A stretch of DNA of 64,000 bases, taken from an uncultured Nitrososphaerota archaeon (lineage in GTDB: Archaea; Thermoproteota; Nitrososphaeria; Nitrososphaerales; CADDZS01). The stretch is from the NCBI GenBank assembly GCA_963799845.1, contig CAWCYI010000004.1:1888001-1952000 (forward strand). The letters are read 5' to 3'. The position numbers and the translations under genes are program-made. Shown in pieces: positions 52,572 to 63,249 of the stretch; within the stretch, counting starts at the first letter, position 1, and each line of letters starts with the position of its first letter. Below the pieces are notes generated by a model that saw only the letters and a program-made list of their open reading frames with translations, ran no database searches and had not been told where the DNA came from.

Positions 52572-53177
52572 GTTGCAATAAGTTAAGACAAACTACTCTT
52601 TCTTGTACGTGAATTTTACAACCACGTGATTCTCTTAATCCAGACTCTTGGCAGCAATTACCCAGACCGGCTTTACTCGAAGGGAAATAGGTTTGTGAAT
52701 AGGACGGGAATTTATGCGGCGATCGCCTTTTGGAGAAAGAACTGATTGTTCAGATTTGAACTCTATAAAGAAATTTAGTGCGTAAAGAAACCGGTTGTCC
52801 AATCTATTCTCCAGATAGCGATCCTCGAAAGCCCAGAGAAAAAGCACCTAATTATGATACTGGAGATTCAGTTTTTATCGACAATACGGGCCACGACCTT
52901 GAACATGCAGTTTCAGAATCCTTGAAGTCATTGGGTTTCGAAGTCTTTCTCGGTAGAGACGGGCAGGAGGACCTTATTGCAGAGGGTGCATTCGAATCGA
53001 AGAAGAAATCCGAAAAAAATTCAGAAAATGTAAGATTCTCAGAGGATGATGCTCAGATGTTCCATATATCAATGCTTTAGGACCATGTAAAATCGGAAAA
53101 TATTAACGAGAGTCAATGAGCGATGGTTTGTACCTTGTCGCACCATATGCACTAAAGGATCAAGAATAGAAATTTTA

Positions 53178-53284
53178 ATGCCTACATGTCCGAAATGCGA
53201 CAAATTGATCAGCGTCAAGAAATCCGACGGCATGTCAAGAGATGTGGTACCCAATTCAAGAAGCTTACCTACGAATTGCCTTAA
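53178..53284 (+). CDS. C2HC zinc-finger microprotein; one missing base at ~53222
   Basis: MPTCPKCDKLISVKK followed by IRRHVKRCGTQFKKLTYELP in the shifted frame. Confidence 0.5.
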
Positions 53285-53420
53285 TTTCTACAGAAATCGC
53301 AACGTGATCATCTCTGCGAGAGGTCATACTCGATTGGAATAAGATAAAAAACTCGTAAGAATTCCATTTGATCGTTGTCTCTTCCGTTTCACGTGCGATC
53401 GTAGCAGCATCGTGTAACGT

Positions 53421-54909
53421 CCGGCATCTGAAGGTCAGACCAGAATCCAGTACAAGTGGGTAGCTCTCAGTGTAACAACAGTTGGAACAGTGATGGCGGG
53501 AGTTGACGCGAGGATCGTCCTCGTCGGCCTTCCGACCATTGCAGATCAGCTTCACGCCGGCGTGGCAGACGTCATCTGGGTGAGCCAGGCGTACTTATTT
53601 GCGAGCACGCTGGGGTTGCTTTTGATCGGAAGGACGGCTGATCTCGTTGGTAGGGTCAAAATCTACAACCTCGGCTTTATCGTGTTCACTGTCGGCTCCG
53701 GTCTCGCCGCCCTCTCCTTCACCTCGCTCGAGCTGATCCTATCCCGGATGGTACAGGGCATTGGGGCTGCGATGTTAATCACGAATAGTGCCGCTATTCT
53801 GACTGATGCGACCCCGAGAAACGAACTGGGGAAGATACTCGGGATGAACAGCGTAGCGTACAGGCTGGGATCGGTTACCGGTCTCACGCTTTCCGGAGTG
53901 ATACTTTCGTTCACGGACTGGCGCGCTCTTTTCTACATTAACATCCCGATTGGAATTTTCGGGACTGTATGGGCTCATTACAGGTTGAAGGAGATTTCTA
54001 CGAAAGACACCTACAGGGGCATGGACTGGGTCGGATTCTTTACCTTCTCGATAGGGCTCGGGCTCTTACTCCTTTCAACCACCTACCTCAGCTTCGGGTT
54101 ATCAGGATACGACTATGGATTTGCCATGCTCGCTTCCGGAACTACCCTAATTTTATTCTTCGTGTGGTACGAGCTTCGTGGCAAGATTGCGGCGATGCAG
54201 GTGCAGCCCATCTTGGACATGAAGCTTTTCAAGATCAAGGAATTCGCCGGCGGCTCCCTCGCACAGATGTTCAACGCCATCGCATGGTCCGGGATTCTTC
54301 TCATGGTTTCATTCTATCTGCAGGTTATAGTAGGATACACGCCACTCCAGACGGGAATCCATCTCCTCGCGCTTGATGCAACTTACATTATAATTGCTCC
54401 AATTTCTGGTCGGTTGTCAGACAAGTACGGATCGAGGTCGTTTGTGATCGCCGGTCTGAGCATAAGCAGCTTTGCTTTCCTACTTTTTGCTTTCGTAAAC
54501 GTCAACACGAGCGTTTCGATTATTCTGGTCGCGCTTGCAGTCCTCGGAGTTGGAACCGGATTGTGGGGCTCTCCTAACATCAGCTCGGTGATGGGATCCG
54601 TCCCGGCTAACCGACGGGGCATTGCATCAGGATTTCGGATTACGCTCTCAAACATCGGAGACACAGCGAGCTTCGGTCTTGCAATTCTCATCATGACTCT
54701 CGTTATCCCGTACAACACGCTCAACAACCTCGTGCAGAGCTGACGATCTTTCGGGATCGCCGCCTGTGGGAAAGGAGGAGTTCATAATGGGATTCCAGTT
54801 AGTCGCACTGGTGCTGACAGGCATCAACACTATCTCTATCATTCCAGCATCGCTCGCAAAGCGCAGGGTTTCGAGTGCAAAAGTAGATACGAAGCACGTA
54901 GCAGATTAG
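53421..54909 (+). CDS. MFS DHA2 (EmrB/QacA-like) transporter; frameshift at ~54742
   Basis: YKWVAL, GRTADLVGR, RMVQGIG and GRLSDKYG motifs. The last TM lies in the shifted frame after AGCT[G]AC. Confidence 0.88.
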
Positions 54910-54972
54910 AGTAATTATTTACCAAGCAGCGAATCACAGACTCGTGCAGAGCTGACGATCTTTCGGGATCGC
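54729..54972 (+). repeat. 32-bp exact direct repeat (54729-54760 and 54941-54972)
   Basis: CTCGTGCAGAGCTGACGATCTTTCGGGATCGC occurs twice. Confidence 0.9.
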
Positions 54973-56328
54973 TATTCTCGCGGCTGGAGGTCAGATCGAG
55001 AAGTTACGAGATTCGGTGTACAGGGTGAAATCTCAAAGCAACGGTGCCGAACTATACAGAGTATTTCATGATGGAGCTCATTGGACCTGCGACTGTCCTG
55101 ATTATCGACAGCATGGAGACGATTGCAAGCATACATTTGACGTCCTTTATGCAACCCGACTAGAGGATATTGTCGCCTCCAATTCGGGGGCGATCACAGA
55201 GAACGATGCGGAGGTTCCAAATGAAGAATGAAAGAATTTCTAAGCATCATAGGCTATCTCAACGTAAGCTCTGGGGTCTAGGAATCCTTTCCATCGGTGG
55301 TCAAGTCGAAAGAATCAATGACAGAAATTTCAGAATCAAATCTCAGTCCAATCCTGAAGTAAGTCACAGCGTTGTCTGGGAGAATGGGGCTTGGAGCTGT
55401 AATTGTCCTGATTTCCTAGAAAGAAAGAAGCCTTGCGAACATGTTTACACAGTCCTGTATCTTCTGCAGCTCCCTATAACATAATCGTATCAAATTCAGC
55501 CGCTCTAGAACGGAAATGTCAGAACTGTGGTTCCTCTGATGTCGTACGAAACGGGACCCGTATGAACGTATCCGGTAGTGTTCAAATTTATCTGCGCAAC
55601 AGCTGCCGGAGCCGTTTCGCTGAAAGGGGTTCGGGCGAGGTCGGAGCCTGCAACTTTACTTACATGTTGATAGCTTTTGATCTTTTTTTACAAGAAAGTC
55701 AGTTTACGAGACATAAGAAATCACATTTACCAGGTCTATTATGTAGAGAAACCGGTCTCAACTATCCACTCATGGATCATGAGACTCAACAAAATTGTTC
55801 TGAACGCAGTAGCAGGTCTCGTCCCCGAGGTGGGAGACAAGTGGTTGGGTGACGAGCTGGTTGCGAAAGTAAATGGAAAAAGGAACTATCTCTGGAACAT
55901 CTTGGATTTCGAAACTCGCTTTCACGTGGTCTCCTTTTTGGCGGAAGGTCGGAGCGAAACTGAAGCGAGAAACGCAATAGCTGAGGCTTTTCGTAGAACA
56001 CAAAAAGAACCCAAGGATTTTGTTAGCGATGGACTTGCTTCGTATTAAGGCAATTAGTAACCTGCCAAAGTCGACAAAGAGAATCAATCATGTGAAAAAT
56101 GTTGGAATAAGAGACAAGACAAACAACAACAGAATAGAGAACAGACATAGTACTATTCGTGATTGGGAAAGGACGAAAAGAGGAATGAAAAGTAGAGCGG
56201 CCGAGCATTTTGAAGCACTGCAAGTGTATCACAACTACATCCGTCCACATCTCAGCCTGGGGAATGAGCCGCCGGATAGATCAGTTACAGATCAGCGCTG
56301 GATCTCCACGATGAACAATAAACTTTGA
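54920..56328 (+). mobile_element. Degenerate IS6-like DDE transposase preceded by two SWIM zinc-finger modules and a Zn ribbon
   Basis: CDCPDY...CKH and CNCPDF...CEH (SWIM); CQNCGS ribbon; GDE, YLWNILD, SDG and NNRIE (DDE); three frameshifts. Confidence 0.8.
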
Positions 56329-56519
56329 TTGTTAGGAATAGTCACAAATCAGATTGACTCCCCGTTACCGTCATCTCCGTTTAGTGTAATTGTTTTGGGA
56401 GGAACGCCGCTAAGGTTGGATTACTAGGATCCCACGCCGCCGTTACCTTGAAATTCGGGTCCATGATCTCGAACTCACGAGGAGCCAGGTCGATACTGGT
56501 CGTCCCGTTAAACCACTGA

Positions 56520-56791
56520 CGTCGAATCTTCAGTCCATTCCTCTTTGCTACTATCGAATGAGCAAGCTCGTGAACCATAATAGACACAAACAACAGGACA
56601 GCTGACAGTATTCCGATTGAGAGATACTCAGAGGAGGAGAGACCCGGGTAGGACGCCGGCATCAATCCGAATCCAACGGTATAAACTATGAGCGCGAAAA
56701 TAAGGAACCAGGAGTAATCAAGATAGAGGGGTATCCCGTAAATGCTTCCAATCTTAATTGCCAAGTATTTGCAATCTCCCCCACTATACAA
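56520..56791 (-). pseudogene. Site-2 protease (M50) N-terminal fragment
   Basis: GIPLYLDYSW...VHELAHS, truncated after GLKIRR. Confidence 0.75.
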
Positions 56792-56921
56792 AAGGCTGAT
56801 CTGAATTTCTGTCTAAAGCGGTAATGTTCTAATCATTCCCTTATATTGAACGCTACAATTCTCATGCGTGTGAATCACCTATCTTTCGTGTTTCTTTAAG
56901 AATACCCAACCGGAGTAATTT

Positions 56922-56957
56922 GTTAATTAACGCTAATTAATTAATTTAGCAATTAAC
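56922..56957. promoter_or_regulatory. AT-rich nested palindrome upstream of the MFS gene, candidate repressor operator
   Basis: GTTAATT-AAC-GCTAATTAATTAATTTAGC-AATTAAC. Confidence 0.45.
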
Positions 56958-57000
56958 CGGGACCCGGCGTCGATTTTTTGAACACTAGAGGTGAGATCTA

Positions 57001-58776
57001 ACGGTCGAGTACAAGTGGGTCGCTCTTTCAAACACCACAATCGGCACTTTGATGGCGGCCATCGACGCAACAATCGTACTGATTTCCCTTCCCGCAATAT
57101 TCCGCGGCCTTTCTATCGATCCACTTAGCTCGTTTCAGTATCTTCTCTGGGTTCTCTTTGGATACAGCGTGGTTACCTCGACTCTTCTCGTATCATTTGG
57201 GCGCATCTCGGACATGTTCGGAAGAGTCAGATTGTTCAATATGGGCTTTGCCATTTTCACAATAGGTTCGCTTCTTTGCGCCCTCACGCCTAATACTGGA
57301 GATCTGGGAGCACAGGAACTGATCACGTTCAGAATTGTTCAGGGAGTGGGTGGTGCATTTTTGCTCGCCAACAGCGCTGCGATTTTGACCGACGCGTTCC
57401 CGCCGAACGAGCGAGGAAAGGCACTTGGAATAAACATGACCGCGGCTATCGCGGGCTCTCTGGTAGGATTGGTACTGGGCGGGATTCTTGCAATCTTTGA
57501 CTGGCGTTACATCTTCCTCGTAAGCGTGCCTGTTGGAGCTTTGGGGACCGTCTGGTCCTACTGGAAGCTCAAGGAACTCGCCACCATAAGGAGAAACCAG
57601 AAGATCGACATATGGGGCAATCTCACCTTTGCCTTGGGGCTGATTCTCGCGCTGGTAGGAGTGACATATGCCCTAATTCCGTACAAGAGTTCGTCAATGG
57701 GTTGGGGAGATCCGTGGGTCATAGCCGCGTTAGCTGCGGGGTTTGCTTTGCTCGTCGCTTTTCCATTCATTGAGATAAAGGTGACGGACCCTATGTTTCG
57801 CCTCGACCTCTTCAAAAATCGCATGTTCACAGCCGCAAACATTGCCGGCCTTCTGGGATCGGTGGGAAGGGGAGGAGTGCAGATAATGCTCATTATACTT
57901 CTGCAAGGAATATGGCTTCCTCTTCACGGCATAAGTTATCAGGACACTCCGTTTTGGGCGGGGGTCTACATGATACCAATGATTCTCGGATTCTCCTTAA
58001 TGGGCCCGATAAGCGGTTATCTCTCTGACAAGTATGGGGCTAGGGCGTTTGCGACGCTCGGGATGGTCATCACAGCTGCCACATTTCTCGCTCTTTCATT
58101 TCTTCCCTACAACTTTAGCTACCTGCCTTTTGCGGCAATAATCTTTGTCATGGGCCTCGGAGGAGGGATGTTTGTAGCTCCGAACACAGCTTCAATCATG
58201 AACTCGGTTCCCAAGGAAAACAGAGGAGCAGCTTCGGGCATGCGAGCAACGCTGCAAAACACAGGGCAGACAGTGAGCCTGGCAATATTTTTCACCGTGA
58301 TAATTACGGGATTGTCCAAGAGTCTCCCCACAGCATTCGCGAACGCTATGATCTCTGCGGGTGTTCCAAAACTTGCCAGCGCGTTCGCTTCGATCTCACC
58401 TACTAGTGCCCTATTTTCTGCATTCCTTGGGTATAACCCCATGCAATCGATCCTATCTCTGCCCCAACTATCATCAGTGGTCAGTCAGATACCGCAATCA
58501 ACTTTAAGCTATCTTGAGGGGGAAACCTTCTTCCCGCACGCTATAGCTCCAGCGTTCATATCTGCTCTGGATTTGGCATTCTACATCGGGGCGGCTCTAT
58601 CGATCGCGGGTGCTGTCGCCTCTCTTCTTAGGGGAAAAGTGTACATTTATGATGAAGGACAACAGGCACAACCCGCTCAGCCTCCGGTAGCGACGAACAG
58701 CGGACCTCCTAGCATAGCTCGTCCGACCAATGAAGGAATCGACTCACGCAATCCGGTTAAAAAAGAAACGAAATGA
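57001..58776 (+). CDS. MFS DHA2 transporter (14 TM)
   Basis: (M)[13 protein letters not shown]-terminus at ACG after SD GAGGTGA; GRISDMFGR and GYLSDKYG motifs. Confidence 0.9.
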   Translation, partial: TVEYKWVALSNTTIGTLMAAIDATIVLISLPAIFRGLSIDPLSSFQYLLWVLFGYSVVTSTLLVSFGRISDMFGRVRLFNMGFAIFTIGSLLCALTPNTGDLGAQELITFRIVQGVGGAFLLANSAAILTDAFPPNERGKALGINMTAAIAGSLVGLVLGGILAIFDWRYIFLVSVPVGALGTVWSYWKLKELATIRRNQKIDIWGNLTFALGLILALVGVTYALIPYKSSSMGWGDPWVIAALAAGFALLVAFPFIEIKVTDPMFRLDLFKNRMFTAANIAGLLGSVGRGGVQIMLIILLQGIWLPLHGISYQDTPFWAGVYMIPMILGFSLMGPISGYLSDKYGARAFATLGMVITAATFLALSFLPYNFSYLPFAAIIFVMGLGGGMFVAPNTASIMNSVPKENRGAASGMRATLQNTGQTVSLAIFFTVIITGLSKSLPTAFANAMISAGVPKLASAFASISPTSALFSAFLGYNPMQSILSLPQLSSVVSQIPQSTLSYLEGETFFPHAIAPAFISALDLAFYIGAALSIAGAVASLLRGKVYIYDEGQQAQPAQPPVATNSGPPSIARPTNEGIDSRNPVKKETK

Positions 58777-59259
58777 TGAGTATAATCGCGGAATATTTCT
58801 CTTTTTGTCGCTTGCTGCAGACTGGGCCTCCAAGGGGGGAATACTCAAAACTTAACTGCAGCTTCTAAGAGCTTCAAATAATCTTCGGCATTGAGCCTGG
58901 CAACCTGAAAATTGGTTAGGTTTGAATCTACAATTTCCATTGCTGTTGTCCCTCCCACCTGGCTAGGTGACCGCGAGCGATTTTATCCGCCTACGAAAAC
59001 TAATATCTTTCCATTTGTATTATCGGGATCTATTACTCTTTCGCAGCTTAAACTGAAAGGGATTCAATTCCATTATGGAATTGGATACCATCCCATTCGA
59101 ACCCATCTTTGATTCTTTTGGCTTGTTCTAAAAGAGGTTCCGGACCAATTTCACTCCGAATCCCGAGAGGCTCGCTACAGTAATGGCGACTGATGTGCGA
59201 TTTGAACTTAAAGTTCAATTCCCACCTCCAGCAGCACACCCTAATCTAGTAAATCCCGA

Positions 59260-59284
59260 GTGCGAGATGTGGGATTTGAAACCA
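59260..59284 (-). other. Degenerate tRNA 3'-end fragment (Leu-like), possible att remnant
   Basis: Minus strand TGGTTTCAAATCCCACATCTCGCAC resembles a T-loop plus acceptor strand. Confidence 0.4.
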
Positions 59285-59385
59285 ATTTACTGGTAAACTG
59301 CACAACTCACATCAAGTTACTTCTGGTTCTCTGGGGAGTGGTGGGGATATAGGGTCGTTGGATTTCGACATACGATACAAAAATG

Positions 59386-60003
59386 CTATTCCAGCGGAGC
59401 CGAGAGATAATGAGTAATCGTAACAACAGTCCAGCGAGCGATATCATCTGGGGATCCATCCGTTATTCCGGGTAGCCTCAGCACGTAACGACTGAGACCA
59501 AGACCAAGTAGTGTAGACGCGATTAGGGCAACTCTTCGGTTCGCAAACCGAGGCCCCGATCGTGCTGTAATCTGCGGTGTTATTTGTTGCTCGATCGTGG
59601 AGCGGAGAGCTTCGGCTGCCTTTTCGTTAGTAAGGGCAGATCGCAACAATCCTGAAAAAGCCATTGAAGTTCCGGGATTCTCCCACCGAGCCAAGAACAG
59701 TTTGACGATCGCTCGCGCCGCCTTGGAGGGATCTTTGATTGTGGTCAGCGGAGCGGTCTCGGGGGAACGCATCATCCGGCTCAGCGTTTCGCGGAAGAGT
59801 CTTGCCTTGTTCCCGAAGTAATGATATGTCAGTGCCGGGTTGGTACCTGCTCTAGTAGCAATAGCGCGCATAGACGCCCCATCGAAACCAAGTAGTCCGA
59901 ACTCGAAGAGTGCCGCCCGTAGAATGTCATCTCGCGGACTACCCCACGCTTTTGGCCGTCGACCTCTTCTTGGTCGTCTTTCTGGTGAACCAGGCTCAGC
60001 CAG
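59386..60003 (-). CDS. TetR-family regulator of actinobacterial type; CTG start
   Basis: RRGRRP...ILRAA...FG..GFDGASMRAIATRAGTNPALTYHYFGNK; an in-frame TAA sits immediately before the CTG. Confidence 0.88.
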   Translation of the reverse strand: MAEPGSPERRPRRGRRPKAWGSPRDDILRAALFEFGLLGFDGASMRAIATRAGTNPALTYHYFGNKARLFRETLSRMMRSPETAPLTTIKDPSKAARAIVKLFLARWENPGTSMAFSGLLRSALTNEKAAEALRSTIEQQITPQITARSGPRFANRRVALIASTLLGLGLSRYVLRLPGITDGSPDDIARWTVVTITHYLSAPLE

Positions 60004-60023
60004 TTAGGTCACAGCTCAATTAA

Positions 60024-60039
60024 TTAAACACATGTTTAA
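60024..60039. promoter_or_regulatory. TTAAACA-CA-TGTTTAA palindrome, candidate TetR operator
   Basis: Sits in the 50-bp divergent gap between tetR and the membrane gene. Confidence 0.7.
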
Positions 60040-60053
60040 ATATTTGCCTAGGG

Positions 60054-60557
60054 TTGCTGCAGGTAAATCGAATAATGATATCAGAGTGGAATCTTTCGCT
60101 TTTTCTCGCAGCCTCGGGAATCAACGGACTACTTGCCGGAACGAGCATAACTAAATCAGTCGTTGAGTTGCCCGCTGGCAAGAAAATAGGATCTCTTGCC
60201 TTCGCTGCCTACAGTCGGGCTGCTGACCTAAAAAACGGCTTGCTTTGGTACTCTTTCCTTGGTATTATCGGTCCTGTTCTGACCGTAACAGCTACCATCA
60301 TGACAAACATTGGATATGGTCCATCTGGAGACTTTTCGATTGCTCTGGACGTTGCGGCTGTACTCTCAGTCGCACATGTTGGATCGACGGCTCTGGCCGC
60401 TCCCAATATGATGAAGGTAAGTCGTGCTGGCAATGAGATTGCGCAATTGGAGGTTCTCTATGCTCGATTCCGACGATGGAACGGTTTGAGAGCCCTCTTG
60501 CAGGGCCTCACATTTCTCGTCTGTCTCGTCGCAATATATGAGCTGATAATCGGGTAG
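60054..60557 (+). CDS. DUF1772/anthrone-oxygenase-like 4-TM membrane protein
   Basis: Four TM helices and a C-terminal RFRRWNGLR motif. Confidence 0.7.
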   Translation: MLQVNRIMISEWNLSLFLAASGINGLLAGTSITKSVVELPAGKKIGSLAFAAYSRAADLKNGLLWYSFLGIIGPVLTVTATIMTNIGYGPSGDFSIALDVAAVLSVAHVGSTALAAPNMMKVSRAGNEIAQLEVLYARFRRWNGLRALLQGLTFLVCLVAIYELIIG

Positions 60558-60647
60558 CTAGCATTTCCTTCGATCCACACCAAAACATTCCTCACTCTTG
60601 CTTTTTCTAGAAAGCCCAATCCTGCAAATGATAAGAATAGAGAGTAA

Positions 60648-60951
60648 TCATCTCGCGCCAAGAAATCTGGATTGGGCTTCAGAGACGACATCGAACAGGG
60701 ACAAATTCTCCTTGTACGATATATGAAAAGCTTAGCAGATTTCCCTAATCACTCTTTCGACAATTGGATAGCCCCGCCCCAAAATTTCACCGAGGTTCTT
60801 AACCACGTCGAGAGGGCTTTTCGGGAAGTCCTTTTCTGGAATGTTGTACTTTTCGCTGATCTGGAAGTATAAGGCTCTCTTGGCTCCCTACGCCGAAAGT
60901 GTCTAGAGCCTTGTCTACGCACTCGAAGATCCGCGAATTGAAACCCTTCAT
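60648..60951 (-). pseudogene. NitrOD5/DUF3227-like small archaeal signalling domain with a frameshift (60874) and an in-frame stop (60732)
   Basis: FECVDKALDTFG...LYFQISEKYNI...P..P..VVKNLGEILG...IVERVI. Confidence 0.6.
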
Positions 60952-61480
60952 TTCGGCTGTAGGAAACAAATATTGGATTTTGACGATGCATGTCTAATAT
61001 TTAAAGTAATTTTGAAAAATCGCGCTGTAAAAGTCAGATGCTTGATATTTCTAATTTTTGAATCGTTGAATCATGCACACTTGTAACATGTTGTCAAAAT
61101 AAATTCAAGCGGAGTTAGGCGAACCCCAGCTTCTCGCACCCAGTAGTGAGATGAGCCAGCGGTCTGACTTCCCAAACCACGCTCTAATCTCAAAGGTCAC
61201 CAATCAGAACAGACCATCTCCATGCAAAGTGATGCATGCAAAGAGGATTCCCTAGAGTATCTTCTGCAGTATTACCACTGTGTACGCCGATCCGAAAATC
61301 CTCTGGCGTGAAGAAGAGACCCGGGATAAACGACTCGGTTTAATTGTTCCGGGTTAAGTCCCCAGAACAATGAACTCTCAATCTGAACCAAAGCTCTAGG
61401 TCAGTCTGACGGATACAGCAACTCTGTGAAATTATAACGGTCGAGATAGGAAATCCAGCGCAACAAAGGCCTTTCCCGGA

Positions 61481-62023
61481 ATGTTTGGCAAGAAATCAGT
61501 ATCTACTTTCTCATCTGACTCGCCAGTCATTCCGAATCCAAATACGGGCTTGCCCGAAGATCCAATGATAAATAGACGCGTATTGATAATTGACGCTGAC
61601 TTTTACAAGGCCTTGCATGACAACTTGTACAAGCGCTTCGATAGCGCAGCTTCTTTGATACTCTACGAAATGGGTGTGGGATATGGCGAGCTATATTCGA
61701 AAAATGTGGATGAGTTAGGAAAAGGGAAGCTCGAAGCCTACAGAATGTTCGTAGAGAGGGGCAAGCGCCAGGGATACGGCGAATTTATCGTTCCCTTGTT
61801 AGAGGCGATCCTATCTGGCCTGAAAGGAGAGGGGAAGGTCGTTCTAAAGAACAGTTTCTTTGCAGCCGCTTCGGGAGTCACCGGAAAGACAGAATGCTGG
61901 ATAGTCGCGGGAATGATCGCTGGCGCAGGCCGGAAAATGTTAAACAAGGAAGTGGTATGCACGGAAGAAATGTGCTTGTCAAAGAGAGACCAGCATTGTC
62001 AGTTTGTATTCAAGTCAAAGTAG
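61481..62023 (+). CDS. V4R domain protein
   Basis: LYEMGVGYG, QGYG, NSFFA and C...CTEEMC...C.F motifs. Confidence 0.82.
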   Translation: MFGKKSVSTFSSDSPVIPNPNTGLPEDPMINRRVLIIDADFYKALHDNLYKRFDSAASLILYEMGVGYGELYSKNVDELGKGKLEAYRMFVERGKRQGYGEFIVPLLEAILSGLKGEGKVVLKNSFFAAASGVTGKTECWIVAGMIAGAGRKMLNKEVVCTEEMCLSKRDQHCQFVFKSK

Positions 62024-62418
62024 ATCCTTGAAAGTTCTCTTGCTATAAGTAATAGAAAATGATCCAAGAATAAATGTCATTCTAGTTGACGGCGCATAGC
62101 ACATCTTTTTCCGTTACTAATCTTCGACCCTGATGATTCTAGACGGAATCTATGTCTTCTCGCAACAATTCTCTCATCGCCCGTTCGATGATTTTAGATC
62201 CATTCTTTCTCTTGCTTCTCCTTGTCTCCCCTGCGGCCGGCTTTGTCACTACGGTTGCGACCTATGGGTTCAGCTTGAACGTGGGGCTGGGATCTTTCAA
62301 CATGCTACCCATCCCGCCGATTGATGGATACAAAATTTTCAAGAACAACATTGATCTGGACCCCATCTTTTAGACACACTTTTGACTCGTTTGACTGCAT
62401 ATTATTTTGTGTCATCTT

Positions 62419-63249
62419 CTATTTCACTACTATCTGGGAGACGAATTCGTACGGACTCATGTAACCGAGTGCCGAGTGAGGTCTCCTCTCGTTGTAATCT
62501 ATGAAGGCTTCTGCTATGTGTGAATCAGCTTCCTGGAAGGATCTAAAATCGTACGGCCAAACATATTCACGCTTGAATCGTCCGTGGAACGATTCAATTG
62601 ATCCATTCTGCTCGGGAGTGTTGTAGGCGATGTATCTTTGCTTAATGCCTAAAGCTTTCATCGACTGCTTGAATGTCTCGCTGATGTACTGGGATCCGTT
62701 GTCGCTGTAGAGAGTCACTTTTCCAGAAGCTTCGGGATGCTTCTCGAGAGCTTTTACGACAGCCTGTACTGCATTCTCCTTACGTGCAAAACCATCAAAG
62801 ACATACGCAAGCCATTCTCTTGAAAACACGTCGATGACGTTGAAGAGATATCCAAAGCCATCTATTCCGCAGCGGATGTATGTGAGATCGGTCTGCCATG
62901 ACTGATTTATTCCATTGGGTTTCGGGATCTTATCCGAGACAGATTTCAGTACCTCATTCCTCGTCAATCGAGGTGTGATCCAGCCCATCATGCGGTAGGC
63001 GTGCTGCACTTGCTTTCTATTGATGGGTCTTCGAAGTTCTTTTGATAGAAGAGCTGCCATCATCCTAGTTCCGTACATAGGCTTCTTTAGAGCAATGTCC
63101 CTGACTGTCGAGATGATGGACGGATCGCGGAGAGCTCCTTTATCCTGCCTTGTGTGACGCTTGTAGTAATACGCTCCCTGCGAAGACCCAACGGACCGGA
63201 GAGCTTTCCTCAAGCTCAATCCTTTGTTAACCATTATTGCGACGCTCAT
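62419..63249 (-). CDS. IS3 OrfB (rve DDE integrase core)
   Basis: WQTDLTY, SDNGSQY, NGSIESFH and YN..RPHSAL motifs. Confidence 0.93.
   Translation of the reverse strand: MSVAIMVNKGLSLRKALRSVGSSQGAYYYKRHTRQDKGALRDPSIISTVRDIALKKPMYGTRMMAALLSKELRRPINRKQVQHAYRMMGWITPRLTRNEVLKSVSDKIPKPNGINQSWQTDLTYIRCGIDGFGYLFNVIDVFSREWLAYVFDGFARKENAVQAVVKALEKHPEASGKVTLYSDNGSQYISETFKQSMKALGIKQRYIAYNTPEQNGSIESFHGRFKREYVWPYDFRSFQEADSHIAEAFIDYNERRPHSALGYMSPYEFVSQIVVK

Noticed and set aside
52778-53080. Possible PD-(D/E)xK nuclease fragment (LKSLGFEV...EDLIA)
   Set aside because: Too short and lacking the downstream catalytic motif.
31200-53300. Provirus or integrated plasmid explaining the many small ORFs
   Set aside because: No integrase, capsid, packaging ATPase or replication gene, and no flanking att pair was seen.
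26875-54747. In-frame UGA as selenocysteine
   Set aside because: Homology continues in a shifted frame, not in frame, and the positions are not Cys sites.
782-55690. Homopolymer frameshifts (G6 near 785, A6 near 26603, T7 near 55685) as phase variation
   Set aside because: The runs are short and typical of long-read indels, so there is no evidence of switching.
59061-59088. Palindrome GATTCAATTCCATTATGGAATTGGATAC resembling a crenarchaeal CRISPR repeat end
   Set aside because: Single copy, no spacers and no cas genes in the window.
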